A stretch of 32,000 nt of DNA from Delftia acidovorans NBRC 14950 (GCF_001598795.1 NZ_BCZP01000002.1:270001-302000); one strand, 5' to 3'; shown: positions 1 through 9,076, counted from the stretch's first letter. The notes: generated by a model not told the origin, from the letters alone. Numbers and translations: made by a program.

Positions 1-1
1 C

Positions 2-1279
2 GTGGTCTTCTCGCTGAACCGCGCCAAGGGCGAGAACGCCCAGGTCAAGTCCCTGCTGTCCTCGATGGAGGAGGCCAAGGCCGTGGACGATCTCACGGTG
101 CAGGTGAAGACCAAGGGCCCGAACCTGATCTTCCCCGACAACCTGACCAACCTCTTCATCATGAGCGAGAAGTGGTCCAAGGCCAACGGCGCCGAGACCA
201 CGCAGGACACGGCCAGCAAGACCGAGAACGGCGCCACGCGCGCGGCCAACGGCACGGGCGCCTATGTGCTGGCCAGCCGCGAGGTCGATTCGAAGACGGT
301 GATGAAGCTCAACCCCGACTACTGGGGCAAGGGCCAGTTCCCGCTGCAGGTGACCGAGCTGATCTACCTGCCCATCAAGTTCCCGGCCACGCGCGTGGCG
401 GCCCTGCTGTCGGGCGAGGTGGACTTCGCCCAGGACATTCCCGCGCAGGACGTGGCGCGCCTGAAGCAGGACAAGCGCCTGCGCATCAATGAAGGTCCCG
501 AGAACCGCTCCATCTTCCTGGGCCTGAACGTGGGTGCGGCAGAGCTCAAGAGCAGCAACGTCAAGGGCAAGAATCCGCTGGCCGATCCCAAGGTGCGCCA
601 GGCCATTGAGCTGGCCATCGACCGCGATGCGATCAAGCGCTCGGTGATGCGCGGCCTGTCGATTCCCACGGGCGTGATCGCGCCGTCGTTCGTCAATGGC
701 TACGACAAGGCCTTTGCGGCCTATCCCAAGGCGGATGCCGCCAAGGCCAAGCAGCTGCTGGCCGAGGCGGGATACCCCAACGGCTTCACCATCACGCTGA
801 ACACGCCCAATGACCGCTATGTGAACGACGAGGCCATTGCCACGGCAGTCGCGGGCTTCCTGGGCCGCATCGGCATCAAGACCGAAGTCTCGGCCCGGCC
901 GATTGCCATGCACAGCGTGTCGCTGACCAAGGCGGACAGCGACTTCTACCTGTACGGCTGGGGCGTGCCCACCTATGACTCGGCCTACATCTTCGACTTC
1001 CTGGTGCACACGCGCGGCAAGGACAGCCGTGGCGCGCAGAACGCGACGCACTACAGCAATGCCGATGTGGATGCCAAGATACTGTCCCTGTCCTCGGAGA
1101 GCGACAAGGCAAAGCGCGATGCCACCATCAAGAGCATCTGGGAGACCGTGCAAAAGGAGCGCTTCTACATTGCGCTGCATGACCAGGTGATCCACTTCGC
1201 GTCCGTGCCCCGGATCAATGTGCCCGTGCACCCGGACAACGCGCTGCACTTCAAGTTCGTCAAGTTCGAGAAGAAGTAA
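2..1279 (+). CDS. ABC transporter substrate-binding protein, peptide/nickel (family 5) type; 5' end lies off-window
   Basis: The frame is open from the window edge to a TAA at 1277-1279. The length and composition fit DppA/OppA-like family-5 binding proteins, and it sits directly upstream of two Dpp/Opp-type permeases and an ATPase. Confidence 0.85.
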   Translation: MVFSLNRAKGENAQVKSLLSSMEEAKAVDDLTVQVKTKGPNLIFPDNLTNLFIMSEKWSKANGAETTQDTASKTENGATRAANGTGAYVLASREVDSKTVMKLNPDYWGKGQFPLQVTELIYLPIKFPATRVAALLSGEVDFAQDIPAQDVARLKQDKRLRINEGPENRSIFLGLNVGAAELKSSNVKGKNPLADPKVRQAIELAIDRDAIKRSVMRGLSIPTGVIAPSFVNGYDKAFAAYPKADAAKAKQLLAEAGYPNGFTITLNTPNDRYVNDEAIATAVAGFLGRIGIKTEVSARPIAMHSVSLTKADSDFYLYGWGVPTYDSAYIFDFLVHTRGKDSRGAQNATHYSNADVDAKILSLSSESDKAKRDATIKSIWETVQKERFYIALHDQVIHFASVPRINVPVHPDNALHFKFVKFEKK

Positions 1280-1285
1280 GCGCCG

Positions 1286-2251
1286 ATGCTGGTCCATCTG
1301 CTGCGCCGGCTGGGCCAGTCCGCCCTGGTCCTGCTGGCCGTTTCCTTTGTCTCGTTCATGGTGTTCCGCCATATCGGCGATCCCACGATCAGCCTGCTGG
1401 GCGAGGACGCGACGGTTGCCGAGCGCGAGGCGCTGACGGAAAGCCTGGGCTTCAACAAGCCCGTGCCCCTGCAGTACCTGGGTTACGTGGGCAAGGTGCT
1501 GCAGGGCGACCTGGGCATCTCCTACCGGCTCAAGCGCCCCGTGACCGAGATCATTGCCGAGCGCCTGCCCGCCACGCTGGAGCTGGCGATGACGGCGGCG
1601 CTGTTCGCCCTGGTCATCGGCGTGGCGCTGGGCGTGTATACGGCCATACGGCGCGAGGGCTGGCTGAGCCGCTCGATCATGACGGTGTCGCTGGTGGGCG
1701 TGTCCTTGCCCACCTTCCTGATCGGCATCGCCCTGATCTACCTGTTCGCCGTGGAGCTGCGCTGGCTGCCGTCCTTCGGGCGCGGCGAGACAGTGAAGCT
1801 GGGCGGCTGGGAGACCGGGCTGCTGACGGCCTCGGGCTGGTCGGCGCTGATCCTGCCGGCCATCACGCTGGGCTTCTACAACATGACGCTGATCATGCGC
1901 CTGGTGCGCGCCGAGATGCTGGAGGTGCTGCGCGCCGACTACATGCGCTTCGGCCGTGCGCGCGGGCTGCGCGAGCGCGACCTGTACTTTGGCCATGCGC
2001 TGCGCAACACCCTGATTCCCGTGATCACCATCGCGGGCCTGCAGATCGGCTCGCTGATCGCCTTTGCCATCGTCACCGAGACCGTGTTCCAGTGGCCCGG
2101 CGTGGGCCTGCTGTTCATCTCCTCCATCCAGGGCGTGGACGTGCCGCTGATCGCCGCCTACCTGATGTTCATCGCGCTGCTGTACGTGGGCATCAACCTG
2201 CTCGTCGATTTCCTGTACGTGATCGTGGACCCCCGCTTGAGAAACCGATGA
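1286..2251 (+). CDS. ABC transporter permease (DppB/OppB-like)
   Basis: 321 aa with multiple hydrophobic helices and a typical DppB-like N-terminus (MLVHLLRRLGQSALVLLAVSFVSF). It starts 6 nt after the binding-protein gene, and its stop overlaps the next start (ATGA at 2248-2251). Confidence 0.9.
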   Translation: MLVHLLRRLGQSALVLLAVSFVSFMVFRHIGDPTISLLGEDATVAEREALTESLGFNKPVPLQYLGYVGKVLQGDLGISYRLKRPVTEIIAERLPATLELAMTAALFALVIGVALGVYTAIRREGWLSRSIMTVSLVGVSLPTFLIGIALIYLFAVELRWLPSFGRGETVKLGGWETGLLTASGWSALILPAITLGFYNMTLIMRLVRAEMLEVLRADYMRFGRARGLRERDLYFGHALRNTLIPVITIAGLQIGSLIAFAIVTETVFQWPGVGLLFISSIQGVDVPLIAAYLMFIALLYVGINLLVDFLYVIVDPRLRNR

Positions 2252-3186
2252 CCGATTCCGCCAAACAAGCAATCCCTCCCACGGGCTGGCGCGCCAGCGA
2301 CTCGCCGGTCAAGCGCGCCTTTGCACGCTCGCGCCTGGTGCAGGCGGCGGCGCTGGTGCTGGCGCTGATCGTGGCGGCCACGCTGCTGTCGCCCTGGCTG
2401 GCCTGGCAGAACCCCTTCGATCCGGCCAATCTGGACCTGATGGATGCCTTCACGCCGCCGGGCCAGGCGGGCACCAGCAGCACGCTGTACGCGCTGGGCT
2501 CGGACGACCAGGGCCGCGATGTGTGGAGCGCCATCCTCTACGGGCTGCGCATGTCGGTGCTGGTGGGCGTGTCGGCCGTGGGGCTGTCCCTGCTGATCGG
2601 TGTGCCCCTGGGCCTGGTCTGCGGCTATGCGGGCGGCTGGTTCGACACGCTGATGATGCGCATCGCCGATGTGCAGCTGACCTTTCCCGTGATCCTGGTG
2701 GCGCTGCTGGTCTTCGGCATCGCACGCGGCCTGCTGCCCGAGGGCTACCGCGACGACATGGCGGTCTTCGTGATCATCGTGGCCATCGGCCTGTCCGACT
2801 GGGTGCAGTACGCACGCACCGTGCGCGGCGCGGTGATGGTGGAAAAGCACAAGGACTACGTGCTGGCGGCCCAGCTCATAGGCCGCAGCCGCGTGGCCAT
2901 TCTGGTGCGCCACATCCTGCCCAACCTGCTGGCGCCCATCCTGGTGATCGCCACCATCAGCTTCGCGCATGCCATCGTGGCCGAGTCCACGCTGTCCTAC
3001 CTGGGCGTGGGCCTGCCGCCCACCCAGCCTTCGCTGGGCACGCTGATCCGCATCGGCCAAGGCTTCCTGTTCTCGGGCGAGTGGTGGATATTGCTGTTCC
3101 CCTCGCTGGTGCTGCTGGCGCTGGCGCTGTCCGTCAACCTCGTCGGCGACTGGCTGCGCGACGCACTGAACCCCAAGCTGCAATGA
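2248..3186 (+). CDS. ABC transporter permease (DppC/OppC-like)
   Basis: The ATG at 2248 (MTDSAKQAIPP...) is coupled to the upstream stop by an ATGA overlap. The protein has TM helices and a DppC-like C-terminus (GDWLRDALNPKLQ). The longer tracked ORF from 2092 overlaps the upstream gene and is unlikely to be real. Confidence 0.88.
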   Translation: MTDSAKQAIPPTGWRASDSPVKRAFARSRLVQAAALVLALIVAATLLSPWLAWQNPFDPANLDLMDAFTPPGQAGTSSTLYALGSDDQGRDVWSAILYGLRMSVLVGVSAVGLSLLIGVPLGLVCGYAGGWFDTLMMRIADVQLTFPVILVALLVFGIARGLLPEGYRDDMAVFVIIVAIGLSDWVQYARTVRGAVMVEKHKDYVLAAQLIGRSRVAILVRHILPNLLAPILVIATISFAHAIVAESTLSYLGVGLPPTQPSLGTLIRIGQGFLFSGEWWILLFPSLVLLALALSVNLVGDWLRDALNPKLQ

Positions 3187-4910
3187 GCACGACACAAGAA
3201 TCCGGGCAGCCCCCTGCACAGCCTCCGGTGCTGAGCGTTCGCGGCCTGTCCGTCACCTTCGATACCTACAAGGGCCCCGTGCAGGTGCTGGACGATGTGT
3301 CCTTCGACATCGCGCCCGGCGAGATCCTGGGCGTGGTCGGCGAGTCGGGCGCGGGCAAGTCCATGACGGGCGCCGCCGTGATCGGCCTGATCGAGCCGCC
3401 GGGCCGCATCTCGGCCGGCACGGTGCAGCTGCGCGGCGAGCGCATCGACACGCTGCGCGGCGAGGACCTGCGGCGCATACGCGGCCGGCGCATAGGCTCC
3501 ATCTTCCAGGACCCGCTGACCAGCCTGAACCCGGTCTACACCGTGGGCCGGCACCTGGTGGAGACCATCCGCACGCACCTGCCCGTCTCCGAGAAGGAGG
3601 CTGAAGCCCGCGCGCTGGCCCTGCTCGAAGAGGTGGAGATCCCGCAGGCGCGCGAGCGCATGGCCCAGTATCCGCACCAGTTCTCGGGCGGCATGCGCCA
3701 GCGCGTGGCCATCGCCCTGGCGCTGTGCGCCGAGCCCGAACTCATCATCGCCGACGAGCCCACCACGGCGCTGGACGTGTCCGTGCAGGCGCAGATCATT
3801 GCCCTTCTGCGCCGCGTGTGCAAGGAGCGCGGCGCGGCCGCCATGCTTATCACCCACGACATGGGCGTGATCGCCGAGACGGCCGACCGCGTCATGGTCA
3901 TGTACCAGGGCCGCGTGCTGGAAACCGGCCCCGTGCGCCAGGTGCTGGACGCACCGCAGCAGCCCTACACCCAGGTGCTGATGGGTGCCATTCCCAGCGT
4001 GCACCACCGCGTGCAGCGCCTGCCCGTGCCCGAGGTGGGCGGCGGCCCGGCCGCGCCCGCCGTGCCCTGGCAGCCTGGGGTCGGTGCGCAGGAGCCCGCG
4101 GTTGCCCTGCTGGAAGTCAGGGATCTGTGCAAGGAGTTCGACCTGTCCAGCGGCTGGCTGGCCCGTCTGCTGGCGCGCGAGGACAAAAAGATCCTCAAGG
4201 CCGTGGACGGCGTCAGCTTCTCCATCCGCAAGGGCTCCACCTTCGGCCTGGTCGGTGAGTCCGGCTCGGGAAAATCCACGGTGGCGCGCATGGTGGCCGG
4301 GCTGACGCCTCCCACCAGCGGCACCGTGCTGTTCGACGGCGTGGACAAGTGGAGCCCGGCCGCCCAGACCGTGGCCATGCGCCGGCGCTTCCAGATGATC
4401 TTCCAGGACCCGTATGCCAGCCTGAACCCGCGCTGGACCGTGCAGGAACTGATTGCCGAGCCCCTGCAGGTGCTGGCCCTCACGGCCGGCAAGGACGAGA
4501 CGGCCGAGCGCGTGCAGGAGGCGCTGCGCCGCGTGCGCATGAAGCCCGACGATGCGCGCAAGTACCCGCACCAGTTCTCGGGCGGGCAGCGCCAGCGCAT
4601 CGCCATCGCGCGCGCCCTGGCCAGCCGGCCCGAATTCATCATCTGCGACGAACCCACCTCGGCGCTGGACGTCTCGGTCCAGGCCCAGGTGCTCAACCTC
4701 ATGCGCGACCTGCAGGAAGAGTTCGGCCTGACCTATCTGCTGATCAGCCACAACCTGGCCGTGATCCGCCACATGTGCGACGACATCGGCGTCATGCAGC
4801 GCGGCCGCCTGGTCGAGGCCGGCGAGGCCGGCGCCGTGCTCGATGCACCGCAGCATGCATACACGCGCGCGTTGATGGCTGCCGTGCCTGATATGGAGCA
4901 TGTGCACTGA
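3183..4910 (+). CDS. Fused double ABC ATPase (DppD/DppF fusion, GsiA-like)
   Basis: The ATG at 3183 overlaps the upstream stop (ATGA). There are two Walker A motifs (GESGAGKS, GESGSGKS), two ABC signatures (FSGGMRQR, FSGGQRQR) and two Walker B motifs (IIADEPT, IICDEPT). A Pro/Gly-rich linker joins the two halves. Confidence 0.9.
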   Translation: MSTTQESGQPPAQPPVLSVRGLSVTFDTYKGPVQVLDDVSFDIAPGEILGVVGESGAGKSMTGAAVIGLIEPPGRISAGTVQLRGERIDTLRGEDLRRIRGRRIGSIFQDPLTSLNPVYTVGRHLVETIRTHLPVSEKEAEARALALLEEVEIPQARERMAQYPHQFSGGMRQRVAIALALCAEPELIIADEPTTALDVSVQAQIIALLRRVCKERGAAAMLITHDMGVIAETADRVMVMYQGRVLETGPVRQVLDAPQQPYTQVLMGAIPSVHHRVQRLPVPEVGGGPAAPAVPWQPGVGAQEPAVALLEVRDLCKEFDLSSGWLARLLAREDKKILKAVDGVSFSIRKGSTFGLVGESGSGKSTVARMVAGLTPPTSGTVLFDGVDKWSPAAQTVAMRRRFQMIFQDPYASLNPRWTVQELIAEPLQVLALTAGKDETAERVQEALRRVRMKPDDARKYPHQFSGGQRQRIAIARALASRPEFIICDEPTSALDVSVQAQVLNLMRDLQEEFGLTYLLISHNLAVIRHMCDDIGVMQRGRLVEAGEAGAVLDAPQHAYTRALMAAVPDMEHVH

Positions 4911-4937
4911 GGCACTGCTTCACGCGTCATAACCATG

Positions 4938-4970
4938 CAAAAAAGGCCTGCGTATGCAGGCCTTTGCTTT
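4938..4970. terminator. Bidirectional rho-independent terminator between convergent genes
   Basis: Perfect 10-bp stem AAAGGCCTGC (4942-4951) / GCAGGCCTTT (4956-4965) with a GTAT loop. It is flanked by an A-run upstream and T-rich sequence downstream, so it could terminate transcription from either strand. Confidence 0.6.
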
Positions 4971-4984
4971 GGGGGCGCGATGGC

Positions 4985-5683
4985 TTACCGGGCTGGTGCT
5001 GGCGTTGCCGGTGCGGCCTGGACTGCAGTGGGTGCCGACGGAGCCGGCGGCTGCGCCGGCGCGCCACCCTGCTGCACCGGTCCGATGGTGGTGCGCACCA
5101 CGCGCGAGCCCTTGGGCGGGTTGGGGAAGCCGGTCAGGGCGGCGTCGAACAGGATGCCGAAGATGGCCGGGTCGTCGGTCCACACATCCTGGCGCTGGGC
5201 CGAGGTCTCATAGACGATCTGCTGCGTGGTGGCGTTGCGCATCACGATGCTGACGGCGCGGTAGTACTCCAGCGGCGGGCCGTCGAACATGAAGCTGCCG
5301 CCAAAGCCCATGCCCCAGCCGCGCCCGTAGCCCACGCCCCAACCCCAGCGCGGGCCACCCCAGCGGTCGTAGTAGGGCCAGGCGGCGTAGTCGCGCGCAT
5401 AGCGTGCGTCGGCACCGATCTGCACGATCAGGCTGGCCCGGGAGTCATCGCGCTGCAGGCCCACGCGGCCCAGGGCCTGCTGGGCCTGGGACTCGATGGC
5501 CGCGAAGTGCGTCTGCGCCTCGCGTTGCGATGGCAGCACTTCCAGGCGGTAGGTGGGCGGCGCGGGCAGGGCGCCCAGCGTGGAATAGCTCTGGACGGTG
5601 CTCTGGACTTCGCGCACGCTGGCGCAGCCCGTGAGCAAGGCCGTGGCCACGATGGCCAGGACATGGATGCAGCGCAGCTTCAT
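4985..5683 (-). CDS. Lipoprotein, DUF4136-like, with a Gly/Trp-rich core and Pro/Ala-rich C-terminal tail
   Basis: The ATG at 5683 is preceded by AAGGAG. The signal peptide ends in a lipobox, LLTGC (MKLRCIHVLAIVATALLTGCAS). The DUF4136 assignment is from memory of the family's look and was not searched. Confidence 0.7.
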   Translation of the reverse strand: MKLRCIHVLAIVATALLTGCASVREVQSTVQSYSTLGALPAPPTYRLEVLPSQREAQTHFAAIESQAQQALGRVGLQRDDSRASLIVQIGADARYARDYAAWPYYDRWGGPRWGWGVGYGRGWGMGFGGSFMFDGPPLEYYRAVSIVMRNATTQQIVYETSAQRQDVWTDDPAIFGILFDAALTGFPNPPKGSRVVRTTIGPVQQGGAPAQPPAPSAPTAVQAAPATPAPAR

Positions 5684-5698
5684 GGTGTACTCCTTGGT

Positions 5699-5727
5699 CG
5701 AAAAAAGGCCCGTTTGCACGGGCCTTG
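5699..5727 (-). terminator. Rho-independent terminator downstream of ttcA
   Basis: On the minus strand the sequence reads AAGGCCCG-TGCAAA-CGGGCCTT followed by TTTTTT (an 8-bp GC-rich stem plus a U-tract). It lies about 34 nt after the ttcA stop. Confidence 0.6.
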
Positions 5728-5760
5728 GTTGGAGTGGGGCGATTGTTATAGGTTCAGCCG

Positions 5761-6753
5761 TCAGGACGACAGTTGTACCACCTGCAGGCCGGGCAGTGAT
5801 GCGGAGACGGGCATCTCTTCATGGTCGAAGGCCATGTCGCCGTTGGGGTCGGCAATGCCGGTGGCCTTGGCGTTCTTGAAGTCGTGCAGCCCGGGATCCA
5901 TCATGTGCGTGGTCACGATGTGGCCCATGGCGCGGAACATGCTTTCCACGCGGCCCGGGAATTTCTTGTCCCATTCGCGCAGCAGCTCGCCCACGGCCAC
6001 GCGCTGCAGGCCGTCCTGGCTGCCGCAGAGGTTGCAGGGGATGATGGGGAAGTTCTGGTACTGGGCCCAGCGGACGGTGTCCTTCTCGGGCACGTAGCAC
6101 AGCGGGCGGATCACCACATGCTTGCCATCGTCCGAGACCAGCTTCGGGGGCATGCCCTTCATGCGGCCGCCGTAGAACATGTTGAGCATCAGCGTCTGCA
6201 CGATGTCGTCGCGGTGGTGGCCCAGGGCCACCTTGGTGCAGCCCAGCTCGTCGGCCACCTTGTACAGGATGGCCCGGCGCAGGCGCGAGCACAGGCCGCA
6301 GGTGGTCTTGCCCTCGGGCACCACGCGCTTGACCACGCTGTAGGTGTCCTGCGTTTCGATGTGGTAGTCCACGCCGATGCTCTTGAAGTACTCGGGCAGC
6401 ACATGGTCGGGAAAACCGGGCTGCTTCTGGTCGAGGTTCACGGCCACCAGCTCGAATTTGACGGGCGCGCGCTTTTGCAGCTTGCGCAGCACGTCCAGCA
6501 TCGTGTAGCTGTCCTTGCCGCCCGACATGCAGACCATGATCTTGTCGCCTTCCTCGATCATGTTGAAGTCGGTGATGGCGCGGCCCACCTCGCGGCACAG
6601 GCGCTTTTCCAGCTTGACCTGCTCGCGCTCGATCTTGATGCGGTTGCCGTTCGCGGTATTGGCTTGGGCATCCGCATCGGCGGCGGCGGTTTCGGGGGCG
6701 GCTTCTTCGGCCAGCCAGGGGTTGTCGGTCACTGCATTCATGGGGTTCACCAT
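5761..6753 (-). CDS. ttcA: tRNA 2-thiocytidine(32) synthetase TtcA
   Basis: PP-loop motif SGGKDS, paired Cys motifs CGLCSRLRR and CNLCGSQ, and a length of about 326-330 aa. An alternative start at 6741 (MNAVT, preceded by GGTGA) would remove the 7-nt overlap with the upstream gene. Confidence 0.9.
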   Translation of the reverse strand: MVNPMNAVTDNPWLAEEAAPETAAADADAQANTANGNRIKIEREQVKLEKRLCREVGRAITDFNMIEEGDKIMVCMSGGKDSYTMLDVLRKLQKRAPVKFELVAVNLDQKQPGFPDHVLPEYFKSIGVDYHIETQDTYSVVKRVVPEGKTTCGLCSRLRRAILYKVADELGCTKVALGHHRDDIVQTLMLNMFYGGRMKGMPPKLVSDDGKHVVIRPLCYVPEKDTVRWAQYQNFPIIPCNLCGSQDGLQRVAVGELLREWDKKFPGRVESMFRAMGHIVTTHMMDPGLHDFKNAKATGIADPNGDMAFDHEEMPVSASLPGLQVVQLSS

Positions 6754-7118
6754 TGTCCGGTTTCTATGCGAATGGCCACTTCGCAGTCTTCAAAGATTTC
6801 CAGCTTGGCGATTTTCACGCGCACGCCCAGCACGCCGGGCAGCTGCATCAGGCGCTGGGCCAGCTTGCCGATCAGGCTCTCCAGCAGGTTCACATGCTCG
6901 GCCGTGCATTCATCGATGATGATCTGGCGCACCTTGCGGTAGTCCAGCACATGCAGGATGTCGTCGTCGCGCGGCGCCAGCGGTTGGGTGCCCAGGCTCA
7001 GCTCGGCATCGACCTGGATGGGCTGGGGCGTCTGTTTTTCGTGGGCGAGGATGCCCAGGTTGGCGTCGAAGCGCAAACCCGTGAGCGTCAGGATCTGTTG
7101 TCCGGTGGCGGAGTGCAT
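6747..7118 (-). CDS. folB: Dihydroneopterin aldolase family protein (FolB/FolX tunnelling fold)
   Basis: 123 aa. The segment [25 protein letters not shown] and the late KIAKLE lysine align by eye to FolB/FolX. The DYRxV segment looks closer to E. coli FolX (NYRTV) than to FolB (SYADI). Confidence 0.8.
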   Translation of the reverse strand: MHSATGQQILTLTGLRFDANLGILAHEKQTPQPIQVDAELSLGTQPLAPRDDDILHVLDYRKVRQIIIDECTAEHVNLLESLIGKLAQRLMQLPGVLGVRVKIAKLEIFEDCEVAIRIETGQW

Positions 7119-7160
7119 GGGGAAAAGCCGTGGAGTGTTTGGGGTGGCGCGCGCAGGCGC

Positions 7161-7946
7161 CTACATCATGGAAAAGTCGCGCTCGAAGCGCTGCAGGTGC
7201 TGGCCGCCATCGACCAGCAAGGTGGTGCCGGTGATGGACTGGTTGTCCAGCGCAAAGCACACGGTGGCGGCCACGTCGGCCGCGCTGGACGAGCGGCCCA
7301 GCGGGCTGAGGCGGTGCAGCGACTCGAAGCGCTCCTGGCTCAGCATGTGGCTGGTCAGCGTCAGGCCCGGGGCCACGCCGACAACGCGCACGCGCGGCGC
7401 CAGCGCCAGCGCCAGCATGGTGCCGGCGGCCTCGAGAGCCGCCTTGGACAGCGTGTAGCTGAGGAAATCGGGGTTCTGGTTCCAGAGCTTCTGGTCCAGC
7501 ATGTTGATCACGGCGCCGCTGGCATGCTCCTCTCCGGCGGCCACGCGCTCTTCGATATGGGCATGCAGCGCCTGGGCCAGCAGGATGGGCGCGCCGGTGT
7601 TGCTGCGCAGGTGGGCTTCCAGGGCCACGTAGCTGAAGCTGCCGGCGTCGTCATGCTCGAACAGCGAGGCGTTGTTGACCACGGCATCCAGGTGGCCGAA
7701 GTGCGCCACGGCGCGCGGCACCAGCGAGCGCACCGAATCCTCGTTGAAGAAATCGGCATCCAGGGCGGCGCTGTCGCCGGCCAGTTCAGCGCAGGCGGCG
7801 GCCGTCTCCAGCGCCTCGTCGTGCGAGTCGCGGTAGTGCACGGCCACTTGCCAGCCGGCGCTGGCAAGCGCGAGCGCGATGTCGCGCCCCAGGCGGCGGG
7901 CCGCGCCGGTCACCAAAACGGTGCGTGTTCGGGCAGGTGTGGACAT
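7161..7946 (-). CDS. SDR-family pteridine reductase / dihydromonapterin reductase-like (FolM/PTR1 type)
   Basis: Start at MSTPARTRTVLVTGAARRLG. The TGxxRRxG cofactor motif is the FolM/PTR1 variant rather than the classical TGxxxGxG. The catalytic YxxxK is present (YTLSKAAL). The gene sits directly upstream of the FolB/FolX-like gene. Confidence 0.85.
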   Translation of the reverse strand: MSTPARTRTVLVTGAARRLGRDIALALASAGWQVAVHYRDSHDEALETAAACAELAGDSAALDADFFNEDSVRSLVPRAVAHFGHLDAVVNNASLFEHDDAGSFSYVALEAHLRSNTGAPILLAQALHAHIEERVAAGEEHASGAVINMLDQKLWNQNPDFLSYTLSKAALEAAGTMLALALAPRVRVVGVAPGLTLTSHMLSQERFESLHRLSPLGRSSSAADVAATVCFALDNQSITGTTLLVDGGQHLQRFERDFSMM

Positions 7947-9076
7947 TCGAGGACAATCTACGGATCGTGACGACAGAACCCTCAATTTTAACGGCCGCCC
8001 TGCAATCCCGTGTTGCGCAAGAGATTGCGTCCTCTGGAGGCTGGCTGGCTTTCGACCGTTTCATGGCCCTGGCACTGTACGAGCCGGGCCTGGGCTACTA
8101 CGCCAATGACACCGCCAAGTTCGGGCTGATGCCATCGTCGGGCAGCGATTTCGTGACCGCGCCCGAGATGTCCCCGGTCTTCGGCCAGCTGCTGGCCGCC
8201 CAGGTGGCCGAGGCGCTGCAGCGCACGCACACCCGCGAAGTCTGGGAGTTTGGTGCCGGCACGGGCGCGCTGGCACTGCAGGTGCTGGACGAGCTGGCCG
8301 CCCTGGGCGTGCGGCCGGACCGCTACACCATCGTCGATCTGTCGGGCACGCTGCGTGCGCGCCAGCAGCTCAGGCTGGTGAAGTACGAAGGACTGGTGCA
8401 CTGGGCCGATGCCTTGCCCGAGCGGCTCGAAGGCGTGGTCATCGGCAACGAGGTACTGGATGCCATGCCCGTGCAGTTGCTGGTGCGCAAGGCAGGTGTC
8501 TGGCACGAGCGCGGCGTGGTGCTGCAGCCGGACGGCAGCCTGGGCTGGGAAGACCGGCCCACGCAGCTGCGCCCGCCCATGGAGATCGAGGGCGAGCACG
8601 ACTACCTGACCGAGATCCATCTGCAGGGCGAGGCCTTCATCCGCACGCTGGGCGAGCGCATGGCGCGGGGCGCTGCCTTCTTCATCGACTACGGCTTCGG
8701 CGAGTCCGAGTACTTCCATCCGCAGCGCCACATGGGCACCCTGGTCTGCCACCGCCTGCACAAGGTGGACGACGACCCGCTGGCCGAGGTCGGCCTCAAG
8801 GACATCACGGCCCACGTGAACTTCACGGGCACGGCCGTGGCCGCGCAGGAGGCGGGCTTCGAGGTGCTGGGCTATACCTCACAGGCCCACTTCCTCATCA
8901 ACTGCGGCCTGGGGCCCAAGCTCGACGCACTGGCCCAGGGGCCGCGCGCCATGGCCACCAAGCTGATGATGGAGCACGAGATGGGCGAGCTGTTCAAGGT
9001 CATCGGCCTGGCCAAGGGCGTGGAGCCCTGGGACGCCATGGGCTTTGTGCGCGGCGATCGCACGCACCGCCTGTAG
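7925..9076 (+). CDS. Class I SAM-dependent methyltransferase, MidA/NDUFAF7 (DUF185, COG1565) family
   Basis: Motifs FVTAPEMSPVFG and EFGAGTGAL match the MidA family, and the length is about 370-383 aa. The start is uncertain: the ATG at 7925 overlaps the divergent SDR start, and an in-frame GTG at 7967 is an alternative. Confidence 0.8.
   Translation: MFGQVWTFEDNLRIVTTEPSILTAALQSRVAQEIASSGGWLAFDRFMALALYEPGLGYYANDTAKFGLMPSSGSDFVTAPEMSPVFGQLLAAQVAEALQRTHTREVWEFGAGTGALALQVLDELAALGVRPDRYTIVDLSGTLRARQQLRLVKYEGLVHWADALPERLEGVVIGNEVLDAMPVQLLVRKAGVWHERGVVLQPDGSLGWEDRPTQLRPPMEIEGEHDYLTEIHLQGEAFIRTLGERMARGAAFFIDYGFGESEYFHPQRHMGTLVCHRLHKVDDDPLAEVGLKDITAHVNFTGTAVAAQEAGFEVLGYTSQAHFLINCGLGPKLDALAQGPRAMATKLMMEHEMGELFKVIGLAKGVEPWDAMGFVRGDRTHRL

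Noticed and set aside
2158-4907. Long antisense ORFs (2158-3219 and 2997-4907, minus strand; 353 and 636 aa) opposite the ABC permease and ATPase genes
   Set aside because: Their translations are Arg/Ala/Gly/His-rich low-complexity sequence with no motifs. They lie exactly opposite genes with unambiguous Walker and ABC motifs. These are typical stop-poor shadow frames in roughly 70% GC DNA.
5821-7970. Plus-strand ORFs 5821-6942 (373 aa) and 6753-7970 (405 aa) opposite ttcA, the FolB/FolX-like gene and the SDR gene
   Set aside because: They are shadow frames of well-supported minus-strand genes. Their composition is Gly/Ala/His/Val-rich and they contain no recognisable domains.
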